The translations under genes were made by a program, and so were the position numbers. A DNA stretch of 64,000 bases from Gemmatimonadaceae bacterium. GTDB taxonomy: Bacteria > Gemmatimonadota > Gemmatimonadetes > Gemmatimonadales > Gemmatimonadaceae. The stretch spans positions 5,307 to 69,306 of the forward strand of contig JAICNG010000003.1 in assembly GCA_025931335.1 (NCBI GenBank). The letters run 5' to 3'. Positions 33,301 through 41,379 of this stretch are shown here, piece by piece. Each line of letters starts with the position of its first letter. The first letter of the stretch is position 1. The notes beneath the pieces are model-generated. The model saw only the letters and a program-made list of their open reading frames with translations, did not search any database and was not told the DNA's origin.

Positions 33301-34982
33301 TCCGCCATGGTCCCTTGCACGCGGAGCGGGCCGGTGTGTGGCCCGCGCGCGGGCAGCGACGGATACGAGCGGGCGAACTGCGTGAAGTCGACCGGCTGGG
33401 CGAAGAGGTCGACGTCGAACGCCATCAGCTCGTCGCCGTAGGTCACGCGGCCCGACCCGGAAAACCGCGATTCCCCCGGGCCGTCGTCGCGAAGGGTGAC
33501 GTCCGCATCCCGGAAGCGGACGTCCAGCCACGACGAATCGAGCACGGCGTGGCCGGAAATGACGCCGCGAAGCCGCGGAAAATCGGTGAAGAGAAATTGC
33601 GGCGTGCGAAGATCCAGCCGCTCGATGTCGAGCGAGAGGCCGAGGAACTTCGTGAACGCGGGCTCCCGGATGTCGAGGCCGCCGCTCGCCGTCGCGCGGG
33701 TCACCGCCCCGGGAACGTGCTTGTCGCGGAAGGTGATGTTCGCCTGATCGACCATGAAGCGATCCAGGCGCCCGCCGGGTCCGCGAACGGTTCCGGTGAG
33801 CGTGCCTTGCCAGTCCACCGGGAATGGTCCGCCCGCCAACGTCCGAAACAGATCGAAATCCACTGGCTCGGCGCGCAAGTCGACGTCCTTGACGACGAGG
33901 ACGGGACCGCCGACGCCGAACGTCCAGTCTCCGACGAGGTGCGACTTCGCCGCTCGCACGTCCATTCGGCTGATGCGGTAGTCGATGACGCGAGGATCCC
34001 GCACATCGCTCACGATGTGCAGGAGCATGCGGCCGCCTCCCTGTCGCGGGAGCGTCGGATAGACCCATGCGATGTCGGCGAGCGAGACGCTGTCTCCGGC
34101 CACCTGCACGTCGTAGCGCACCGGCCCCGGCTGCTTCCAGTGCACCATCCCACGCGCTCGTCCAGTCGAGCCGGGCAGATCGAAATGCGTGAGATCGAAG
34201 CGCACCGTGTCATCCCCGATGCGCACCGGACCGCGGATGTTGCGGAAGCGGAAGGGCGGGTCGGTCTCGTCCACATCCATGTCGGCCACGACGATGAGCC
34301 GCCCCGCGCTGTCGGGATCGGCGATGCGGACGTACGGTGCCTCGACCTCGAGCCCGGTCCAGCGCCACGTCTTCTTCAGCCCTTCCCTCGTCTCGCGGAT
34401 CTCGTGGCCGCCCGTCGTGCGCGCGTAGGCGAGAACCGAATCCCGCTGTCGTGCGCTGAGGGTATCGGACGCCGACCACGGCATGGTGACGATGACGGTC
34501 CCGTCGTGGATCGTCGCCGTGTCGATGACGATGTAATCGCCGAAACGACGATCGGGCGTGCGCGGACGTGGAGCACCTTTCGGGAAAATGCGGCGGTAGT
34601 TCCACACGCCATCCGCGTGGCGGCGCAGATTGACAAACGGCTTGTGCACGACGAGCTGTCCGATCAACAGGCGCCGGTCGAGGATGTCGCGCGGATCGTA
34701 GGTGATCTCGATCGGCCCGGCGCTCACGAAGAGCGAATCCTCGTCATCCCGGATGGCGAAGGAGTCGACGACGACCCCGGTGACGAGTCCGCCGCTGATC
34801 CGCCCGATGTACATCGTCCCGCGCTTGCCCAGCTTGGAGGCCACCTGCGACTGCAGATACCGGCGCACGTAGTCGCGGCCGAGGTCCGTCTGCGTCACCG
34901 ACAACACAGTCGCCGCCACGATGACTCCGATGAGGAGCAAGGCGGCGGCGCTGATGATGGCGACGAGACGGCGGCGGGACAT
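30357..34982 (-). CDS. tamB: TamB-like translocation and assembly module protein (AsmA-like / DUF490), 1541 aa
   Basis: N-terminal signal anchor, very long beta-rich body, C-terminal DUF490-like region, and position directly downstream of an Omp85 gene. Confidence 0.8.
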   Translation of the reverse strand: MSRRRLVAIISAAALLLIGVIVAATVLSVTQTDLGRDYVRRYLQSQVASKLGKRGTMYIGRISGGLVTGVVVDSFAIRDDEDSLFVSAGPIEITYDPRDILDRRLLIGQLVVHKPFVNLRRHADGVWNYRRIFPKGAPRPRTPDRRFGDYIVIDTATIHDGTVIVTMPWSASDTLSARQRDSVLAYARTTGGHEIRETREGLKKTWRWTGLEVEAPYVRIADPDSAGRLIVVADMDVDETDPPFRFRNIRGPVRIGDDTVRFDLTHFDLPGSTGRARGMVHWKQPGPVRYDVQVAGDSVSLADIAWVYPTLPRQGGGRMLLHIVSDVRDPRVIDYRISRMDVRAAKSHLVGDWTFGVGGPVLVVKDVDLRAEPVDFDLFRTLAGGPFPVDWQGTLTGTVRGPGGRLDRFMVDQANITFRDKHVPGAVTRATASGGLDIREPAFTKFLGLSLDIERLDLRTPQFLFTDFPRLRGVISGHAVLDSSWLDVRFRDADVTLRDDGPGESRFSGSGRVTYGDELMAFDVDLFAQPVDFTQFARSYPSLPARGPHTGPLRVQGTMADLLLAATMRGDAGMMSVDGRFDMAAPRFAAQMTGAVEDLDPRTLLARTDLFASRITGRYRADLSGDSLANLDGTLAVELDRSTVGGVRIFPSVAALAFTEGLLRVDTLRLETTAATLTASGALSLGATRPDSLRYTLVVDSLGGLRPWIPTDRGGRGARALASEDTATGARRDSLITAYRDSLGGRVAVNGVLSGSIDSLIAGGTIEGRGLFVAGDRARAVRGNFALRGLPRAPSGLLTLALDTLVVAGLRLDSARIALDAPTRDAGRLGLAIASATGPRGSMSFAYTLSSDTTRLLVDTLSAVIGERRWTLASPARVTLDSTGAAVDSVAVTADGGARVVLGGEFPSTRPVDVSLRMYQMPVADLAALAQSRTALGGLLTLDLRVAGMRENPTMRLTAIADTVRIGTVRVPRLDARATYAARRLIGDLRLLRDAQPAITMTASLPVDLAMVGVEKRLIDDSLQVSVRADSVDLALLEAMIPNVANAHGRLQAHVDVSGRWTRPSFAGEVAVRGGGMALAAAGIELRNVNGHLSLSGDSVPVIRLDSLVMASGPHRDSRAFLAGTVRFSERPDDECETGTASVADCLAQRSAFDIRFRADNFEAIRQRRLADLEIGGNLALSGSYRESMLTGGLRVERGAIYLRERLRKQIIDVNALTEDEVGAFIDTTFGGVTPRDRPAWMTGIVNNMSVSNVDIAIGDDVWLRSQEASIKLGGSVSVTRQGDRLALEGPLLANRGTYRLYLAPGVIRTFEVQRGVITFYGGPVIDPALDIIALHTVRQAGSDRRDVRIRVTIGGTLSQPRLALSSDERIQISETQILSYLVSGQPTFVAENSGQLQTAFATILPTLGALFERAIVEQLQFLDMFQLQTATTTLNREFFQQGLSGPLGILAQSRIAFGKQLTERTFLSANAGLCSIGGQDSQNHRFLDAFGLTLEHRLNHGFSVQMSVEPATSAALCRTDAVEFNRPRQFGLDLFREWSF

Positions 34983-34985
34983 GGG

Positions 34986-35079
34986 CTAGGTGCTCAAGGT
35001 GCTCGAGGAAGTCGAGGTGCTCGAGGTGAACGGTCCTTAACCTAGAGCACCTCGAGCACCTCGAGCACCTCGAGCACCC
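34986..35079. repeat. Palindrome with (GGTGCTCGA)n arms; family B copy 2
   Basis: ctaggtgctcaaggtgctcgaggaagtcgaggtgctcgaggtg / aacggtcctt / aacctagagcacctcgagcacctcgagcacctcgagcaccc. It fills the tamA-tamB spacer. Confidence 0.9.
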
Positions 35080-35082
35080 TTT

Positions 35083-37299
35083 TCAGAACGCCTGCCCTAT
35101 CGAGAAATGGAACGTCAGCTTCTGAAAGAAAGAGTCGTCCTGCCGCGGGGTGAAGGTTGCCGGACACCCCTCGCCGAACCCGTTCGGCAGCGTGTTCCCT
35201 GGGCTGACGCACCGGAGGCGGCTGGGGTTTCCGGTCACTTCGTCCCGAACGATCGTGTAGGCGGGACCACGCTGCTGCGCGTATCTGTTGTACGCTAAAT
35301 CGAACCGGATGGGTCCGACCGGCGAGGCGACCCGGAGGCCGATCCCGGGCGTCCACCGAAACTGGTCGAGCCGCACCGTTTCGGCTCGCCGGTTGTAAAC
35401 CTGGCCGCCATCGACGAACAGCGCGAATTGAAGGAGCTGCCGAAGAAAGGGCGGCCGCATACGAAGCTCCACGTTGACGATCGCCTGAGCGTTTCCCCCC
35501 GTCGGCGACGTCCGAATGACCCCGATCGTGTCGTCAGCGACGAACACGGTGTCCCCCCCGGGGAGGATCGAGTCGACCCGGGCGTCGTCCACCAGGTAAA
35601 CGAGGGGGCCCAGCTCGTTCTGGCGGTAGCCGCGCACGGAGTTGGGCCCGCCCCCGTACATGCGCTCCTGGGGCGGAACGAAATCGTCGGCGCCCCGGAG
35701 GGTGCCGAGGGCCAGCACTCCCCCCACCTGGATGCGGGACGCGAAGGTGACGCTCGGGGTCAGCCCTTTGTACCAGTTGGCCTCCCCCGTCCACTTGTTG
35801 AAGCGAAAGTCCGACCCAATGAACCGCGACGAGTGACGCCACTCGAGCCGGACGATGTCGCCCCGCCGCGGGTCGTAGAGGTTGTCGGTGCGATCACGTG
35901 ACAGACTCATGCGCCCCGTCGCGAGTCGCGTGTTCTGCGTCAGCTCCCCGATCGCCTGTAGCTCGCAGACGTTGAAGACGGCACAAAAGACGGCGTCGGC
36001 GGCCTGCGTGCGACCGTATTCGAGTTGATAGGCGAGCGTGAGGGGCGTGCGCGGCCGTGTCTCACGCGTGACGGACGCGACGCCACCGATCGTGGTGCGG
36101 CGCAGATACGCGTCGAGCTCGGAGTAGCGCTCGCTGAAGAGCGTGAGCGTGGGCGAGAGGCGCAACCCGAACAGCAGCGGCTGACGGACGGTCGCCCCCG
36201 CGTAGTAGTTGACCGTGTCACTGAACACGTCCTTGCGCACTTGCGACGCACACATCTGCTCCACCCCATCGAGCGGATATCCGACGCCGATCTTCGACAG
36301 GCGGCCGTTCACTTCCAGTCGCCGCGCGCCGCCGATGAAATCGCGATCGACGAATCGCCCCTGCGTGCGAAAGCAGTCCAGCGTGGCCCATCCGGCGCCG
36401 AGGCGCACCGAGTGCATCGCCGCCTCGCTGAGGAACACGCGCACCGCGAGCAGCGAATCGCCGCGCGGCTGCAGGCTGTCGGGAGCGAGACGAATCTCGA
36501 CGTGCGCGTACGTCTCCAGCTGATAGAGATCGCGTTGGCTTCGAAAGAGGTCCTGCTCGCGGAAGATCTCGCCAACCCGCAGCGAGAGGAGCCGGCGCAC
36601 CTCCGCCTCCGTAATCTCCTGCCGCTTCCCTTCCCGCGGCTGAATCTCGACGTCGATGCGCGCGATGCGCATCACGCGCCCGGGGAGAAACTGGAGCTCG
36701 ACGGTCGCCCGGTCGGTCGAATCGACGTCGTAGTTGCTGAGGACCTCGGCGCGCGCGTACCCCTGGTCACGAAGCCGGTCGATGATCCCCGCGACACGGA
36801 CCTGCAGCTCCTGCCGGTCGAAGCGTCCGCCGCGCATCTCCTCCAGCTGCCGCGCGAATCGCGATCCATCGCGCACCGTGTCGAGCCCGCTCACGCGCAT
36901 CGTGTCGATCAGGACGGGCGGTCCCTCGACGATGTCGAAGCGGATGTCGACGCGGCCCGGGTCCTTCGTCACCACGGTCGTATCGACGGCGGCCTTGTAG
37001 AATCCGCGCTGGCGATAGAAGAGGCGAAGCCGAAGGACGTCGCGCTGGAACTCGACGCGATCCAGACAGCGCTGCGCACCGAAAAAGAGGCCGATTCGCC
37101 GCCAGAAGCTCGACGGCGTGGTGGCGATGGCGGCCTCCAGCTCGGCGTCGGGAAACGTCTCGTTGCCGCGGAACTCGATGTCGTCGACACGCACGTCCCC
37201 CGGGTCGCACTCGAGGTCCTGCGCGCCGGCCGCGGCCGGCAGCGCGAGGACGAGCGCGACCGCTAGCGGCGCGACACGTCGCCTGGCACTCCGAATCAC
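35083..37299 (-). CDS. Omp85-family outer-membrane protein (TamA/BamA-like) with POTRA repeats
   Basis: Signal peptide, POTRA-like repeats (IEFRGNETF..., VSGLDTV...), and a C-terminal barrel ending in F (HFSIGQAF). Confidence 0.85.
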   Translation of the reverse strand: MIRSARRRVAPLAVALVLALPAAAGAQDLECDPGDVRVDDIEFRGNETFPDAELEAAIATTPSSFWRRIGLFFGAQRCLDRVEFQRDVLRLRLFYRQRGFYKAAVDTTVVTKDPGRVDIRFDIVEGPPVLIDTMRVSGLDTVRDGSRFARQLEEMRGGRFDRQELQVRVAGIIDRLRDQGYARAEVLSNYDVDSTDRATVELQFLPGRVMRIARIDVEIQPREGKRQEITEAEVRRLLSLRVGEIFREQDLFRSQRDLYQLETYAHVEIRLAPDSLQPRGDSLLAVRVFLSEAAMHSVRLGAGWATLDCFRTQGRFVDRDFIGGARRLEVNGRLSKIGVGYPLDGVEQMCASQVRKDVFSDTVNYYAGATVRQPLLFGLRLSPTLTLFSERYSELDAYLRRTTIGGVASVTRETRPRTPLTLAYQLEYGRTQAADAVFCAVFNVCELQAIGELTQNTRLATGRMSLSRDRTDNLYDPRRGDIVRLEWRHSSRFIGSDFRFNKWTGEANWYKGLTPSVTFASRIQVGGVLALGTLRGADDFVPPQERMYGGGPNSVRGYRQNELGPLVYLVDDARVDSILPGGDTVFVADDTIGVIRTSPTGGNAQAIVNVELRMRPPFLRQLLQFALFVDGGQVYNRRAETVRLDQFRWTPGIGLRVASPVGPIRFDLAYNRYAQQRGPAYTIVRDEVTGNPSRLRCVSPGNTLPNGFGEGCPATFTPRQDDSFFQKLTFHFSIGQAF

Positions 37300-37547
37300 C
37301 GGCGCGCGGACGTCCCGGGGTGCTTTCGCGGCGTGCGCCTCACGATGACACCGCGCTCGTCGATTTGAGGAATGCCCTGCTCACGCGCGATCGGCGTGCG
37401 CTGGAGCATCATGCGCGCGAGGTAGAACGTCGCGAGCCCCGCGCCGAGCGCGATCCCCGCCGCCGTGAGGGTTTCTCGCGGGTCGAGCTCGCGGCGGAAG
37501 TAGTACACGGCGGGAGGAACGAGGCGGGAGCCTGAGTCTGGCTTCAT
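37296..37547 (-). CDS. Small membrane protein (83 aa)
   Basis: ORF 37296..37547 with one TM segment (TAAGIALGAGLATFYLARMML). The stop overlaps the tamA GTG (GTGA). Confidence 0.5.
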   Translation of the reverse strand: MKPDSGSRLVPPAVYYFRRELDPRETLTAAGIALGAGLATFYLARMMLQRTPIAREQGIPQIDERGVIVRRTPRKHPGTSARR

Positions 37548-37586
37548 TGATCTCTGTGAGAGAGAGATGCGTGCGGGATTGGACTC

Positions 37587-38507
37587 CTACACCGTATGCA
37601 CGAGAATCGTCCCCGGCCCCTTCTGCTTCGCCCGGCGCTTCACGTCCGCGGCGAGCGAGCCGATCTGGCCAATGGACGTGAATCGATCGGGCTGCACCAG
37701 CAGGATCGCTACTGATAGACGAGCGATCGGGAATTCCCGTGCCCGGCCGTCGCGGTCGATCCCCATGAAATGCCCGCGGCGCACCGCTTCCTCCCCAACG
37801 GCGTGGGCCGCCACCTCCACGAAACGGCTCGCCGTCTCGCGCGCGATCGCCTCCGCACGCTCGGCCACCGTGACGACGATGAAGTCGTCACCCCCGATGT
37901 GGCCGACGAAATCCTTCGGCGTCCCGACCGTCTGCACCGCGGCGCGCACCGCGGCCCCCATCTCGCGGATGACCGTGTCCGCCGCGGTGAAGCCGAACGT
38001 GTCGGCGAAGGGCTTGAAGTTGTCCAGGTCGATGTAGCACACCGCGAACGCTTCGTTCTGCTGCGCGCGGCGAGTGATCTCCTCCTCGATGGCGGTTCCC
38101 CCGGGAAGCCCGCTGGTGGGGTTGCGATCCCCTTCACGACGGACGATGCGGAGGAGCGCGACGACGCGCGCGCGGAGCTCGCGCGGGTCGAAGGGCTTGG
38201 CGAGATAGTCGTCCGCGCCCGCCTCGAATCCGGCGACCTTGTGGTCGACGTCTCCCTGCGCGGTGAGCATGAGCACCGGAATGCGCGCGGTGAACGGGTT
38301 CCGCTTCACCGCCCGGCACACCTCGAAGCCCGACATGCCGGGCATGACCAGATCGAGCACGAGCAGGTCCGGCTCTCGCTGCTGAATGGAAGCGAGAGCG
38401 GTCACGCCATCGGCGGCGAGCGCCACCTCGTGTCCCGCTGACTCGAGGATGTCGCGTACCACGAGGCGCATGTCCTCGTTATCGTCCACGAACAGCAGGT
38501 AACTCAC
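37587..38507 (-). CDS. Response regulator with GGDEF-type output domain (motif reads GGDDF)
   Basis: ORF 37587..38732 with GTG 38507 chosen (VSYLLFVDDNEDM). REC (LVLDLVMPGMSG) plus a diguanylate-cyclase fold (GHIGGDDFIVV). No RxxD I-site seen. Confidence 0.8.
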   Translation of the reverse strand: MSYLLFVDDNEDMRLVVRDILESAGHEVALAADGVTALASIQQREPDLLVLDLVMPGMSGFEVCRAVKRNPFTARIPVLMLTAQGDVDHKVAGFEAGADDYLAKPFDPRELRARVVALLRIVRREGDRNPTSGLPGGTAIEEEITRRAQQNEAFAVCYIDLDNFKPFADTFGFTAADTVIREMGAAVRAAVQTVGTPKDFVGHIGGDDFIVVTVAERAEAIARETASRFVEVAAHAVGEEAVRRGHFMGIDRDGRAREFPIARLSVAILLVQPDRFTSIGQIGSLAADVKRRAKQKGPGTILVHTV

Positions 38508-38509
38508 GA

Positions 38510-38538
38510 TTGACGCTGCGCTTAGGGCGCGATAAGGT
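38510..38538 (+). promoter_or_regulatory. Sigma-70-like promoter candidate for the ABC binding-protein gene
   Basis: TTGACG (38510-38515), 17 nt, TAAGGT (38533-38538), 65 nt upstream of the ATG at 38603. Confidence 0.3.
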
Positions 38539-38602
38539 TCACCGGCGCGGACGCCCGTGTCAACGGTACGCGATCGTGCATCCCCCGAGAGCGATCCGAC
38601 CC

Positions 38603-40153
38603 ATGCGCCGACTTCTCGCCGCGCTATTCCTCCTCGTTCCCTTCGCCTGCCGCGGGGGCGAGTCCGCTCCGCAACGTCGCACGCTGATCGACTCGAGGGA
38701 CACCTATGACCCTCGCACCCTCGATCCGGCACTCGCGACTGACGTGCCCAGCGGTCGCGCGGTGGCGTACGTCTTCGACGGCCTCACGCGCTTTACCCCC
38801 GACGCGCGGCTCGAGCCGGCGCTCGCCGAGCGCTGGGACGTATCCGCTGATGGGAAAGTATACACCTTCCACTTGCGGCGCGGCGTGCGCTTTCACGACG
38901 GAACGCCCTTCGCGGCGCGTCACGTCGTCCAGAGCTTTCACCGGGTGCTCGATCCCGCCACGAAGAGCACCGGCCCATGGGTGCTCTATCCAGTCGCCGG
39001 CGCGCGCGACTTCGCCGACCGGAAGGCGACGTCCATTCGCGGCATCGAGGCACCCGACGACTCGACCGTCCGCATCACACTCGATCAGCCGCTGGCGATC
39101 TTCCTGAAGCTCCTCGCGATGCCGGTGGCGTCGATCGTCCCCGACTCGGTGGGTCCCGACTTCCGCGAGCACCCGGTGGGCACAGGGCCGTGGAGATTCG
39201 TCGAATGGCGGCACGACGATTATCTCCTGTTCGCGAAGAACGCCGAGTACTTCGACGGTGCGCCGAAGACCGACTCGCTGCGCGCGCGCATCATCCGGGA
39301 GCCGAGCACGGCGGTCGCCGAGTTCGAGGTGGGCAACGTCGACCTACTCTACGTGCCCGAGGCGGAGACGCGACGCTGGGAACAGACCGACGAGCGGAGC
39401 GCGATGCTCTCCGCCGCGCCCGCGCTGCGCCTCTGGTACATCGGCATCAACACGACGCGCGGCCCCCTGAAGGACGTCCGCGTGCGTCAGGCGATCAACC
39501 ACGCGATCGACGTCGGCGTCATCCTCGACCGCCTCGTCGGGGGCCGCGGCCGGCATGCGGCCGGCGTGATCCCGCCCATCCTCGACGGTGCGGACACCAC
39601 GCGTCGCCCGTACGCGCACGATGTCGATCGCGCGCGGCAGCTGTTGACGCAGGCCGGATTCCCGAATGGCATCGACATCGATCTCTGGCATTCGGACAAC
39701 GAGAGCTTCTCGCGCGTCGCCCAGTCGATTCAGAGCTATCTCGGCGAAGCGGGCATTCGTGCGCGGCTGGTGCAGCGCGAGGCAGCCGCGATGCGGGCGG
39801 CGGCGCGCAACGGCGAGACCGACATGGTGCTGAAGGACTGGTACGCGGACTATCCGGACGCCGAGAATTTCCTGTACCCGCTGCTGCACACCGCGAATCG
39901 CGGGATTGGTGGGAACGTGTCGTTCTACTCGAATCCCGCGTTCGACCGTTTGGTGGATTCCTCCCGCATCGAGCTCGACAGCGCGCGGCGCGCGGAGCTG
40001 TATCGTCGCGCCGACTCGATCGCCTTCGCCGACGCGCCGATGGGGTTTCTGTTCTTCTATAACGAGCTCTACGCGGTGCAGCCGTGGGTGAGGGGCTTCC
40101 AGGTGCCCGTGATCTTCAACGGGCAGCGGTGGGTCCAGGCGGAGCTTCGGTGA
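38603..40153 (+). CDS. ABC transporter substrate-binding protein, family 5 (peptide/nickel type), lipoprotein
   Basis: ATG at 38603 inside ORF 38510..40153. Lipobox LLVPFAC and the family-5 pattern (YTFHLRRGVRFHDG...). Confidence 0.85.
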   Translation: MRRLLAALFLLVPFACRGGESAPQRRTLIDSRDTYDPRTLDPALATDVPSGRAVAYVFDGLTRFTPDARLEPALAERWDVSADGKVYTFHLRRGVRFHDGTPFAARHVVQSFHRVLDPATKSTGPWVLYPVAGARDFADRKATSIRGIEAPDDSTVRITLDQPLAIFLKLLAMPVASIVPDSVGPDFREHPVGTGPWRFVEWRHDDYLLFAKNAEYFDGAPKTDSLRARIIREPSTAVAEFEVGNVDLLYVPEAETRRWEQTDERSAMLSAAPALRLWYIGINTTRGPLKDVRVRQAINHAIDVGVILDRLVGGRGRHAAGVIPPILDGADTTRRPYAHDVDRARQLLTQAGFPNGIDIDLWHSDNESFSRVAQSIQSYLGEAGIRARLVQREAAAMRAAARNGETDMVLKDWYADYPDAENFLYPLLHTANRGIGGNVSFYSNPAFDRLVDSSRIELDSARRAELYRRADSIAFADAPMGFLFFYNELYAVQPWVRGFQVPVIFNGQRWVQAELR

Positions 40154-40155
40154 AC

Positions 40156-40283
40156 GAGGAGGCAGGAGTCAGGAGTCAGGAATCAGGGGGTGTCAGGGGG
40201 GAGGTTGCAGGAGCTGCGCGGGCCGTGCTCCTCGAACCTTCACCCTGACACCCCTGACGCCTGACTCCTGACTCCTGACCCCC
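40156..40283. repeat. Palindrome with (TCAGGAG)n arms and a structured centre; family C copy 1
   Basis: ggcaggagtcaggagtcaggaatcagggggtgtcagggggg / aggttgcaggagctgcgcgggccgtgctcctcgaacct / tcaccctgacacccctgacgcctgactcctgactcctgaccccc. It ends 1 nt before the permease ATG. Confidence 0.9.
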
Positions 40284-41204
40284 ATGTTTTCCTTCATCGC
40301 ACGCCGGCTGCTCCTCGCGATCCCCACGCTCTTCGGCGTTCTCGTCGTCGTGTTCCTGCTGTTGTACATCGCGCCCGGCGACCCCGTGATGGAGATGGTG
40401 GGTGAGCGCGCCGATGCCGAGACGATCGCGCGTCTTCGCGCGGAGCTGCGGCTCGACGATCCGGTCCCGGTGCAATTCGCCCATTACGCGGGCGGCGTGC
40501 TCACCGGCGACCTCGGCACCTCCTACATCACCGGGCGCCCGATCACGCGCGACATCCTCGAGCGATTCCCCAAGACCCTTCAGCTCGCCACGGCGGCGAT
40601 GCTGCTCGCGGCGTCCCTCGGCATCACCATTGGAGTGCTCAGCGCCCGGCGCCCGGGGAGCACGTTCGATCGGCTGGCGATGGCCGGCGCGTACCTCGGC
40701 ATCTCGTTCCCGGTCTACTGGGTGGGGCTGATCCTCATCCTCGTCTTCGCCGTCACCCTCCGCTGGCTGCCGCCGTCGGGATTCGGCCGCGTGGAGTACC
40801 TGATCCTCCCCGCCCTGGCGTTAGGCACGCGCTCGATCGCGTTCCTCGCGCGCATGACTCGCTCGGCCATGCTGGAGGTGCTCGGGAGCGACTTCGTGCG
40901 CACCGCACGGGCGAAAGGCCTGCGTGAACGGGTGGTGCTCGGGCGCCACGCGCTCCGCAACGCGCTCATCCCGATCATCACCGTGCTCGGCCTCGACTTC
41001 GGCTATTACCTCACGGGCAGCATTCTCACCGAAACGATTTTTTCGTGGCCCGGGATCGGGCGCTACGTCGTCAACGCGATCGCCCGTCGCGATCTGCCCG
41101 CGATCCAGGGGAGCGTGCTGTTCCTGAGCGTGGTCTTCGTGCTGGTGAACCTGGCGACGGACCTGTTGTATGCGAAGGCGGATCCGCGAGTGAGGTACGA
41201 CTGA
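40284..41204 (+). CDS. ABC transporter permease (DppB/OppB-like)
   Basis: ORF 40284..41204 with an EAA-like loop (RTARAKGLRERVVLGRHALRNAL). Six TM segments. Confidence 0.85.
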   Translation: MFSFIARRLLLAIPTLFGVLVVVFLLLYIAPGDPVMEMVGERADAETIARLRAELRLDDPVPVQFAHYAGGVLTGDLGTSYITGRPITRDILERFPKTLQLATAAMLLAASLGITIGVLSARRPGSTFDRLAMAGAYLGISFPVYWVGLILILVFAVTLRWLPPSGFGRVEYLILPALALGTRSIAFLARMTRSAMLEVLGSDFVRTARAKGLRERVVLGRHALRNALIPIITVLGLDFGYYLTGSILTETIFSWPGIGRYVVNAIARRDLPAIQGSVLFLSVVFVLVNLATDLLYAKADPRVRYD

Positions 41205-41211
41205 CAGAGGC

Positions 41212-41373
41212 GAAGGGGTCAAAGGGGTCGAGGGATCGAAGGGATCGAGGGGATGGAAAGGCGCCGCGGCTTCGCCGCGGCGCTCATCAGATGAGCGCGG
41301 CTCGCTGCGAAGCAGCGGCCGCGCTTTTCCATCCCCTCGATCCCTCGACCCCTTTGACCCCTTTGACCCCTTC
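41212..41373. repeat. Palindrome with GGGGTCRAG/GGGATCGAR arms enclosing three short GC hairpins; family D copy 1
   Basis: The arms gaaggggtcaaaggggtcgagggatcgaagggatcgaggggatggaaa and ttttccatcccctcgatccctcgacccctttgacccctttgaccccttc. The centre holds gcgccgcggc-ttc-gccgcggcgc, gcgctcat-cag-atgagcgc and gctgc-gaa-gcagc. Confidence 0.9.
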
Positions 41374-41379
41374 TTCCTC

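Noticed and set aside
40156-40283. Whether the short tandem units could be a CRISPR array.
   Set aside because: The units are 7-10 nt and directly abutting, with no unique spacers. The second half of each array is the reverse complement of the first, and no cas genes are present.
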